The translations under genes were made by a program, and so were the position numbers. Shown one piece after another: positions 29,784 to 40,631 of a stretch of 64,000 nucleotides of DNA. This stretch comes from Dictyostelium discoideum (Eukaryota): positions 4,384,001 through 4,448,000 of the forward strand of contig CM000154.2 of NCBI GenBank assembly GCA_000004695.1, read 5' to 3'. The notes under the pieces were generated by a model. It was not told the DNA's origin, searched no databases, and worked only from the letters and a program-made list of their open reading frames with translations. Positions within the stretch are counted from its first letter, which is position 1. Every line of letters starts with the position of its first letter.

Positions 29784-30633
29784 TTTATATTTTTTTTTAT
29801 TTTTTTATTTTTTTTTAATGATAAAATAATTTCTTTGAAAATGGAAAAATAAATAAATAAAAAAAATTATTTATTTTAATTTTTAAAATTTTTTTTTTAT
29901 TTTTTATTTTTTTTTTTTTTATTAATATAAAAAACAAATTAAAGGTGACTTTTCACTTTTAGGATTGTGAAGTTTTATTTTATTTTTATTTTTTCCAAAT
30001 TTATTAAAAAAAAAAGTATTACTATAAAAAAAAAAAAATCTAATTGTTGTTAAAATAGAAAAAACCTTAGATTTTAGAAAATTAATGAAATAAATTAAAA
30101 AAAGGAAAAAATGATTTGGCGTTTCTAAACACAAAAAAAAAAATAAAAAAATAAAAAAAAAAATAAAAAAGAAAACCATAAAATTTAAAAAAAAAAAAGA
30201 AAACCATAAAATTTAAAAAAAAAAATTAAAATAAACTTACTTCTTTTATTATATAAAAAATGGGATTCTAAAAAATTGAACAAATATTAATATTGAAAAT
30301 TATATATATATATATCTTTATAAATTTATATGTACAAAAAAAATAATACAGCTTTATTGAATAGAAATAATCTAAACTATAAAATAATAAATAAATAAAA
30401 TATTGAAAAGATAAATTAAACAAAAATAAATAAATAAATAAATAAATAGGTTTTTTTTTTTTTTTTTTTTTTTTTTCCAAAAAAAAAATTTGAAAAAAAA
30501 AATTATTTGAAATTATATAATTTCTTTACCCTTGAAACTCGATTACCTTTAAAAAAAAAATTTAATTTAATAATATTATTATTTTTAAAAAAAAATAAAC
30601 TTTAGAATTTTAAACCCTATTTTAATTATTTCA

Positions 30634-30733
30634 NNNNNNNNNNNNNNNNNNNNNNNNNNNNNNNNNNNNNNNNNNNNNNNNNNNNNNNNNNNNNNNNNNN
30701 NNNNNNNNNNNNNNNNNNNNNNNNNNNNNNNNN
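30634..30733. other. Assembly gap (100 N).
   Basis: Run of exactly 100 n characters. Confidence 1.
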
Positions 30734-31362
30734 TATATAATTTCATTAACTTGAAACTCGAGTAACTATAAAAGAAGAATTTAAATTAATAATAATAATA
30801 ATATTAAAAAATAATAAAATATAGAAATTTAAAATCTATATTAATTAATTTAAAATAAAATAAAATAAATAAAACTTACCACACAAAAGATTTTTTATTA
30901 CTATTATTCATACAAATTCGTATATTAGATAATGTATTAATTTTTATAAAAAAAAAAAAATTATAAAAAAATAAAAAAACACTATATGATTTGGTTTAAG
31001 AAAATCACAAAAAAAAAAAAAAAAAACAGTCCAATCACACAAACATATATAATTTTTTTATTTAATTATATATGTGAATTTTTTAAATATTGATGATGTT
31101 GATGATTAATAAAAAAAAAAAAAATTAAAAAAATTTAAAATGATGGTTTTTTTTTTTTTTTTTTTTTTGTTGTTTGTTTTGTTTTGTTTTGTTTTGTTTT
31201 GTTTTGTTTTGTTTTGTTTTGTTGTTTTTTTTTCTGTATATTAATTGAACGTGTGCTTGTGTGTGAGTGATGAGGAAAATAAAATAAAATAAATAAAATA
31301 AAATAAATGATTAAAAAAAATAAAAATTTAAAAAAAAAAAAAATTAAAAAATAAAATAAAAA

Positions 31363-31411
<49 letters not shown>

Positions 31412-31874
31412 AAAAACAATTTAATGAAGGAATTAAATAATATTAATATTAATATTAATTAAATTAATTGATTATTGTTATTATTATAATTTAATCGTGT
31501 GTTATTATATAATTTTGTTTTATTTTATTTTATTTTATTTTTTTTTTTTTTTTTTTTTATTTTATTATTTTTTTTTTTTTTTTCATAATATTAAAATAGA
31601 GAAAGCTCTTTCCATATTAATTTTGTGAGTAACTGTGGGTGTGTGTAAAATTTAAAAGTTAAATGGGCTCAATGTTACCAATGTAAAAAATTTTATTATT
31701 TATAGTTGCCAATGTTTTTTAAACTGGCAAGGGGGATAATTTCATATTATTATTGAAAAAAAATTTTAAAAAATTATTTAATTTAATTAATTTTATGTAT
31801 AAAATGATTCAGTGTGTTACATTTTTGTTTAGCATTAGATAAATAATTTAATTAATCAACCTTTTTTTTTATTT

Positions 31875-31918
<44 letters not shown>

Positions 31919-32206
31919 GGAACAAGAAGTGGTATTTTTTTTATTTCAAAAAAAAGTGTATTTTATATATAAGTGGGTGTATTTCTGTGTGTGTGTGGTT
32001 ATATATGTGTGTTTGAGTTGATATTTTATTTAATAAATAGGTGGCCCATTAATTAAATTAATTATAATTTCAATAATATGAATATTTTTTTTTTTTTTTT
32101 TTTTTTTTAGTTTATATATACGAAAATATACACACTGACAAGTATAAAAATAAATTCGAAAGAAGTTAAATTTGTTATACTTTTTATTAATGTAGATCCA
32201 AAAATT

Positions 32207-32239
<33 letters not shown>

Positions 32240-32439
32240 AGAAAAACACTGTTATATACCACTTTTATTATAAATTAGTTGATACTATTTCTACATTAAG
32301 TAATTGTTATTGTGATCAAAGATACCACACTAATAGAAATTAAAAATGTAAAAATTTATACAATTTAATATTTTTTTTTTTTTTTATTACTTAAAGTGGT
32401 TAGATTTAAATTATTTTTTTTAATTATAATTTTTAATTA

Positions 32440-32600
<161 letters not shown>

Positions 32601-32785
32601 TTATTATTATTTTTTAAAAATTGAATAAAAAAATAAATAAAAAAAAAAAAAAAACCAAAAACTTATTCCAATTTTGGAAAACAATTTATACATTGAATAA
32701 ATTGATTAATACTGGTTTTTTTTACAAAAAAATCAGAATATATACTAGCAGATTTATATATTAATTAAACTAATTAATATAAAAA

Positions 32786-32819
<34 letters not shown>

Positions 32820-32919
32820 NNNNNNNNNNNNNNNNNNNNNNNNNNNNNNNNNNNNNNNNNNNNNNNNNNNNNNNNNNNNNNNNNNNNNNNNNNNNNNNNN
32901 NNNNNNNNNNNNNNNNNNN
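32820..32919. other. Assembly gap (100 N), followed by a low-quality homopolymer-rich sequence at 32920-33270.
   Basis: Run of exactly 100 n characters. Confidence 1.
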
Positions 32920-33234
32920 CTCACCACACTTTTTTTTATTTGGGAAAACCCGGGCTTCCCCTTTTTGCCAAAAAATGGGGGGGGGGGGGGGATTTTCTTT
33001 TTATCCCTCCTTTAAAAAAAAAATTTTTTTTTTAAAAAATTTTTTTTTTTTGGCCCCCGGCCCAAAAAACGGGGGGTCAATTTTTTTTCCCTTTTTTTGT
33101 TAAAAAAAACTTTTTAAAAAAAAAAATTTAAAAAAAAACCTCCCCTTTTTTTAAAAAAACCTTTTTTTTTTTTTTTTTTTTTTTCCCCCCTTTTTTTTTT
33201 TTTTTTTAACATTTTGTTTTTTTTTTTTTTCCCT

Positions 33235-33286
<52 letters not shown>

Positions 33287-33863
33287 GAACTAATTAATTT
33301 TATTTTATCTAAAAATTATTTTATTTTTTTTCTTTTTTTTTTTTTATTTTTTTTTTTTTTTTTTTTTTTAATGAATTAATTAATTTTAAAAATATGATGA
33401 TGACGAAAATTAGGTTAATCCAAATTGGTGGTTGTACTTGTAGTGTGTTTGTTGGTGGGTTTAAAATAATGATAAATAAATAAAAAAAAATATTTTATCT
33501 TTTTTTTTTTTTTTTTTTTTTCTTTCAACATACAAAAAATTGGATTATTAAATAATTAATTAATTTATTAATTAATTATCAGATATTTAAATTGTAAAAT
33601 AAATTTAAATCGAATATTGTATTTTAAAATCAATTATTTAAAATTTTTTTATTTTTATTTTTTAATTTTTATTTTATTTTTTATTTTTTATTTTTGTATT
33701 GTATAAAAAAATGAAATTTGGAGAATAAAAAAAAAAAAAAGGAAAAAAAAAAAGGAAAAAAAAAAAATAAAAATAAGAAAATTAAATATAAAAATAAAAA
33801 AATTACATTTCGGCTATTGGTTTTTTTTATTTTTTTTTTATTTTTATTTTATTTTTAAAAAAA

Positions 33864-34035
33864 GCTGATCAGAATCTGAATCAACAACGAAATATTGTTA
33901 AAAAAAAAAAAAAAAAATCTACATAAAAAAAAAAAAATTAAAAAAAAAAAAAAAAAAAAAATTAAAAAAAATCAATTAATTGTGATACCACTAATCACAT
34001 TTCACCTCAGTTGAGGTTGTGTAAATAGTTTTAGC

Positions 34036-34036
<1 letters not shown>
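33864..34036 (+). repeat. Copy 1 of a dispersed non-coding repeat of about 150-170 bp, with a bipartite conserved core.
   Basis: The sequence gatcagaatctgaatcaacaacgaaatattgtt .. tcaattaattgtgataccactaatcacatttcacctcagttgaggttgtgtaaatagtttta is closely matched at 36689-36840 in the same orientation. Both copies are followed by long A-tracts. Confidence 0.6.
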
Positions 34037-34084
<48 letters not shown>

Positions 34085-34371
34085 TAAAAATATATAAAAA
34101 CAATAAAAACAATAAAAAAAATTAAAAAATAGTTTCAAAGATCTTTTCATACATCTTTTTTTTAAAAGTATTTTTATTTTTATTTTTATTTTTATTTTTA
34201 TTTTTATTTTTATTTTTTTTTTTAAAATATGCAAATTAAAATAAAGTGATGTGATTTTGGAAGTGAGTTTTTTTTTTTTTTTTTTAAAACAATGTAGGTT
34301 GAAGCATCTTGTTAAAACTTTTGGCAAAATTAAATTTTAATTCCGAAAAAAAAAAAAAAAAAAAAAAAATC

Positions 34372-34411
<40 letters not shown>

Positions 34412-35332
34412 ATGATGGGTGCCAATCACTTGTCTGTTTATCTTTATTATAATTTACTTTTTTGTATAACATCTGTATTTATTATTTTCTAAAAAAATAT
34501 AAAAATTGAAAATATGAAAAAAAAAAAAAAAAAAAAAATTAATTTAAAAAAAAAAAAAAAAGATATAATAAAAAAAATAAATAAAAAATTCTATAGGGAC
34601 CTTTTTTTTTTTTTTTTTTTTTGGTTTTAAATTTAATTGATTAATTATATTGAAAAAAAAAAAAAAAAAAAAAAATAATTTATGAAAAAGTTGTTGTTGT
34701 TGTTGTGATAAGAATAAAAATAAAGTAAAAAAAAAAAAAAATTTGGAAAAAAAAAAAAAAATAAAAAAAATAAAAAAATAAAAATAAAAAAAATTAAAAA
34801 ACAATCGATTTTTAAAATCGTATGAGTGTTGTATGGATACAAATACAAATTGTGTAGGACATTGCATACTCAATGTGCCACTTTTCCTCAAAATTCTTTT
34901 TTTTTTTTTTTCAAAAAATATCTAAAAATCATTCCAAAATCATCACATAATTTTTATTTTTCATTTTTTTTGTAAATAAAATATTTTTCATTGCAGATGT
35001 GACCCCAAAACAATAAAGTGGACCAAAGTTTCCATTTTTTTTTTTTTTTTTTTGTCGTCATGTAAAAGTTCGTTTTTTATTATTTTTTTTTTTTTTTTTC
35101 ATATTTTCACACCAATAACAATTTTTATTTTTAATTTTTTTTTTAATTAATTTATCCAATCAATTTTTTTTTTCATTTTTTTTTTTTTTCATTTTTTTTT
35201 TTTTTTTCATTTTTTTTTTTTTTTTTTTTTAAAAATTAATTAATTTAATTATGTTTTTAATTAATTTATTTTTAATTAATTTATTTTTAATTAATCTATT
35301 TTTAATTTTTTTTTTTTTATTTTTTATTTATT

Positions 35333-35989
35333 TTATTGTGATAATTGTTTTGGTGGAGATGAATCAATTACAGATTCCAAATAATGATTTATAATTGGTT
35401 GTGATTCTAAAAATAGAGAATGAAGCATATCTTTTTTAAATGGTACAATCATTTCATTATTATTTATAAATTCTTCAAAACCAAACCATTTACATTCTTC
35501 AAATTCCGGTTCCTCTTCAACATTTAAATTGACAGTTTTAATTAAATCATTTGGTAAGTAAAATAGATACCAATGTATCATTTGTCCAATATGACCACCA
35601 CTTCTAGATTTTGGTGAATCTTCATAAATGTAAGATAATGGATTTTGAAGCTTTGAAACGTATTTTAATGTATCAATTGATGGCTCTAATCCAACTTCCT
35701 CTTTAATCTCTCTTTGTACTGCTACATAATAATCTTCATTCTTTTCAACTTCTACTCCACCTTGTGGAAATTGCCACTAAAATAAAATAAAAATAAAATA
35801 AAAAAAAAAAAAAAACAAATTAGAAATAATAATAATAATAAAAATGAATAAATAAATATTTATAAATGAAGATATAATTACTTTTCCAACAGCAGTTTTC
35901 TTTTTAGATGATCTTTTACAAATTAAAACTTGATTGTTTTGGTTAAAGATTAATGCTCCAACACAACTTCTATATTTTGCTTCATTCAT
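35333..35989 (-). CDS. Nudix hydrolase (RppH/Ap4A-hydrolase-like). Exons are 35989..35882 and 35776..35333.
   Basis: ATG at 35989 gives MNEAKYRSCVGALIFNQNNQVLICKRSSKKKTAVGK|GTAATT (donor at 35881, phase 0). The acceptor ttttAG at 35778-35777 leads into WQFPQGGVEVEKNEDYYVAVQREIKEEVGL.... This carries the Nudix box GG.E..E......A..RE..EE.G. The GKWQFPQGG context is typical of the RppH/NudH subfamily. Confidence 0.75.
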
Positions 35990-36579
35990 TTTCTTTTTTT
36001 TTTTTTTTTAGTTTATATAATACAACAAATATAAAAAGTTTTTGTATATTACTGGTTAAATTAAAATAAATATAAAGAAAAATAAAATAAAATTAAGTGC
36101 AAACTAAAATTATTTTATTTTTTTTTTTTTTATGCTCACACACCCCCATTCAGAATTAGAAAAATTTCAAAAAAAAAATAAAAAAATAAAAAAATTAAAA
36201 AATAAAAAAATAAAAAAAAATAAATTCACTATTCAAATAAATAAATAAATTCCTAATATGTATATATATTATAATATGAAACTATTTTTTTTTTAAAATA
36301 ATTTTATCATTAAATTTATTGTTTAAGTGAATTAATAAAACGAAATCTAATCAAATTAAAAAAAAAAAAAAATCTAATGGCTTTCGTTTTTGAAAAGATT
36401 ATTGTCATTATTGTTATTATTTTCATACTTTTAAATTTGAAAAATGGCAAATAAAAAAAAAAAAAAAAAATATAAATATGTTTTTTAATCTTTTTAAATC
36501 CAACATTCCTCATTTCTTGCCTCTTTTAAAAATTTAGAATTAATTTAGTGAAAGATTACCAAAATTATAAACTAAAAAC

Positions 36580-36619
<40 letters not shown>

Positions 36620-36688
36620 TTTTTTTTTTTTTTGATTATTATCTTTTAAAGTAAAATATTAATTTATTATTATTTAATAAAAAAAAAA

Positions 36689-36840
36689 AATGATCTGAAT
36701 CTAAATCAACAATGAAACAATTTTTAAGAAAAAAAAATTAAAAAAAAAATAAAAAAATAAAAACCAATTTATTTATTTAATGATTGTGATACAACTAATC
36801 ACATTCCACCTTAAATTGAGGTTTTGTAAATTTAGTTTAT
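36689..36840 (+). repeat. Copy 2 of the same dispersed repeat.
   Basis: The sequence gatctgaatctaaatcaacaatgaaacaatttt .. tgattgtgatacaactaatcacattccaccttaaattgaggttttgtaaatttagttta aligns to 33864-34036 at roughly 85 % identity across the two core blocks. Confidence 0.6.
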
Positions 36841-37496
36841 ATTTTTCCAAAAAAAAAAAAAAAAAAAAAAAAAAATAAATCCCTCAAAAAAAAAAAAATA
36901 TCTGGATTTTAGTTTTTTTATTTTATAATAACACTTTTTTATTTCCAAGTTTTTCTTTATTTTTCAAAAAACCTTTAATTTTTTAAAAGACTCGTCAAAT
37001 CAAATAGATGCTTATTTTTTTTTTTATTTTTTTTTTTTTTTTTGCTATTTGTTTAACTTTAATGATCATAATTTGAAAAAAAAAATAATAAAAAAAAAAT
37101 AATAAAAAAAAAGAAAAATATTTTGTTTGTTGCTTTAAAGCATTTCAAAAGTGAATAAAAAAATCAAATCAAATCAAATTAAAAAAAAAAAAAAAAAAAA
37201 TTATACCCGTGCTACACGGGGTGCCTATTTAAAAAATAAGAAAAATGAAAAAAAAAAAAAAAAAAAATCTGGTGGCTTTGTATTTTTTAAAAGATTATTA
37301 TCATTATCATTATTGTTTTTCACACTAAATTTTCTGAAACACTTAAAAAAAATAGTAAAAATAAAAAATAAAAAAAAAAATTAAAAATAACACAAATCAT
37401 TGAACAGAGTGGTAAATAATATTTAATGTTCGAAAAATGTAATTTATGTTGAGTGGTTAATTGTTTTTTTTATTTTAATTTTAATTTTTTATTTAT

Positions 37497-39041
37497 TTAT
37501 TTATTTCTAATTTTTCTTTTAATTGAAACTCTTTCTAAATTATAATTTGAACATTCAAAAGCTTGAAAAGGTGGAACGAAATGAATATAAGTTCCAATTG
37601 TTATACAAGCAATAATCGGACCAACCATATATGGCCAAATTTTATTAAATATTCCAGTTACAATTGCCGGACATAAACATCTAGCCATATTAAATCCAAA
37701 TATATAATTTGGTGAAATACCAGATGATGCAATAATTGAGAAACCTAATGTAATTGATATGAAAAATGCACCAACTGCTCCACCAATTATTGGAGTTTGT
37801 CTTCTATCCAGGGCAGTTCCAAAAGCAATATACAAATTTAACATTGAAAACATGAATTCCATACCAAGTGCTCCACCACTACTTATATCACCACCATATG
37901 TACACATACCTAAATTTGTCCTTTTCATAACTTCGAATGGAATTATACCTCTAATAATCGCTGATCCAATTATACCACCTGTAATTTGAAAAATAATATA
38001 AAATAAACATCTTATAACTTTTTTTTTATTACACCCCACTCTATTAATATAAAATTATAATTATAATAAATTATAATAAAATTAAATTAAATTAAATTAA
38101 ATACATACAGGATGTATAACCTGAAAAGAAAGTTGCAATTGTAATTGACGGATTTAAATGACCACCACTAACAGGGGCACAAGTTAAAATTAATAAGTAT
38201 AATAATGGTACATGTAAAACAGCAGAAGTTGCAGGCACTCTATAATTTGGTACAGAATTTACCAATGTTTCACCATTAAAATCATTAAGATTTGATATAT
38301 ATGAATAATCAAAATAATTTACAGACGAAATGAAAATACCAATTGACATAAATAAAAATAAAGCACTACCAATCATTTCTGTAACTGATGCTTTGTATAA
38401 TTTACTATCGAATAATTCATTGTATCCTGATATTCTTATAATTTCATTTATTAATTTATCTTTAAATTTTAATTTATTTATTTCACTTTTTTCATCAATT
38501 GATGATTGTTTTGATTTTAAATCTTTTTCACTATTCTCATAATCATCGTCATCATAATTATAATATTCATCATCTTTAAATGACTTTGGAGATATTAAAG
38601 TACTACTTGTATTATTATTATTATTATTGACACTATTACCACTACTACCACTTCTATCACTTCTACTATTATTACTAATATTTGATTCAATATCATAGTT
38701 TATGGGTATTTCTAAATCTATTTCATCATTTTCAATACCATCATTATGATGTTGATTTTGTTGATGTTGATGATGTTCAAGATGTTGATGATGTTGATGG
38801 TGTGGGTGGTGTGGATGATGTTGATGGTGTTGATGGTGTTGACTTTGATAAATATGGTGTATTGTATGTCTTTTTCCATAGTCATTATATTCATCATTAT
38901 TATTAGAACCATACCTTATTAAGCTAGCATACTTATAAAATGGAGCTGCTAATTCATATCTAATTTTTTTTCTTCTCCTTATACTTATATTACTACTATT
39001 ACTATTTCTACTACTACTATTACATGTACTTGGACTTTTTA

Positions 39042-39110
<69 letters not shown>

Positions 39111-39147
39111 TACTACTAATACTATTACTATTACTATAACTACTCAT
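37497..39147 (-). CDS. Major intrinsic protein (aquaporin family) with a long Asn/His/Gln-rich N-terminal extension. Exons are 39147..38109 and 37978..37497.
   Basis: ATG at 39147. About 250 aa of N/H/Q/S/D-rich low complexity follow, including HHQHHQHHPHHPHHQHHQH. The first half of the MIP fold ends ...SGGHLNPSITIATFFSGYTS, then the donor T|GTATGT at 38108 (phase 1) and the acceptor ttacAG at 37980-37979 give C-GIIGSAIIRG.... The second half, FGFNMARCLCPAIVTG, sits in the position of the second NPA box. Hydrophobic helices are typical of MIPs. Confidence 0.75.
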
Positions 39148-39939
39148 TTTGACTATTTTTATAAAAAAACACAGACTGTGGTTATTTATATAAAAAAAAA
39201 AAAGAAAGAAAAGTAATTAAAAATAATTGTAAAAAGAGAACATGTGGGAATGAAAATTTTTTAATTCATTCTATTTGTGGGGATTTTATTTTTATTTTTC
39301 ATTTTTTATTTTCATTTTTTATTTTTTATTTATTTTCTCATTCCATTTTAAATCTAGGGTTTTTAATTTTTTTTTTTTTTTTTTTTTAAAACCCAAAATT
39401 AAAATCTTTCTAACAAAGAAAATTATAAAAAAAACAAGGTTTGTATTTAAAAATAAAAAAAAATTCTATAATTATTTTTTTAAAGTATTTAATTAATAAA
39501 TTTATAAGATGTTGAGGAAGTATGGGCCAAAAGATATGTTAAAAAAAAAACCTAAAAAAATCAAGAATTGTATAGTCAATAATAGAAACTAAAAAAAAAA
39601 AAAAAAATATGGAATTAAAACAAGTTTTTTTAAAATAGAAAGATAATTATTTAATTTCATATATTAATTATTAAAATTTCAAATTTATTAGAGGGGTAAA
39701 TATTAAAATAATTTATTAATTCTTTAACTTTAATTTTAATTTTTTTTTTTTTTTTTTTTATAAAAATGTAAATAATTAATATGTTAACTATTGATATTCC
39801 AAATTTCAATGAAAGTCACTCTTGGTGCAATTAAACATGTGGCGTTTCAAAATCTTTTATTATATTATCAAATAATTTAATGGAATCAAAAAAAAATTTA
39901 AATATAAAATTTTGGTGTTGGCTTTGAATTAATTTATTT

Positions 39940-40260
39940 TTTCTCATAAAAGTTTAGGACTTGTCTAATTTTCTTAGGATATAGCTTTTCGTTATTTGTC
40001 CATCTTCTGGCTACCTCTACTATGAGCATCGCCTGTTGATGAAAAATTAGTAAAAATCAATATTACAGGCAAGTTTGATAAGTCATTAGCTTTTTTGAAG
40101 AAAAATAAACCAGTTGAAAGCCCACCTCAAAATTTTAGCAAATTTTAAGCCAGATGAAATAGTTTTAGCAGATAGAGTTTATTATGGCATTAGTGGCAAT
40201 TTTTTCATACCTAATAAAAAGCCAAATCTAGGAGAATTCAGAGAAGAAGATAAAGTTAAG

Positions 40261-40292
<32 letters not shown>

Positions 40293-40300
40293 ACCCCCAA
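39940..40300 (+). mobile_element. Degenerate transposase-like remnant (Harbinger/PIF-type DDE_Tnp_4-like motif) ending in an A-tract. Not intact.
   Basis: This is a locally less AT-biased, higher-complexity island inside intergenic DNA. Broken reading frames on the plus strand give ...SGYLYYEHRLL... and ...KPDEIVLADRVYYGISGNFFIPNKKPN..., which resemble the Harbinger motif LLGDSGYPL..W.LTP. There are stops and frameshifts, it is followed by A30, and I saw no terminal inverted repeats. Confidence 0.25.
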
Positions 40301-40631
40301 ACTGGTCCAGTATCTTCCAATTATTTAAATAAATTTCAATAAAATAATAAAAGGAAAAAAAAAAAAAAAAAAAAAAAGAATTTAAATAACAATTATCTAA
40401 ACAATCAAGAAAATCCATTTTTTTTTTTTTTTTTATTTTTATTTTTTTATTTTTATTTTTTTATTTTTATTTTTTTTTTATTTTTTTTTTTTCAAATTTT
40501 TTTTTTTTATTGAAATAACTTGAAAGTAGGAAACGACTCATTTCATTATCAAACTTTGTCGATTTTTTTTTTTTTATTTTTACCACTTATCCAATTATAT
40601 TCGAAATATAAAATAAAATAAAATAAAAAAA

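Noticed and set aside
32920-33270. GC-rich segment with G12, C5-6 and CCCGGGC runs, which might have been an interesting island or foreign insert.
   Set aside because: It abuts a 100-N gap directly and consists of alternating homopolymers typical of low-quality read ends. It is treated as a sequencing or assembly artefact, not a feature.
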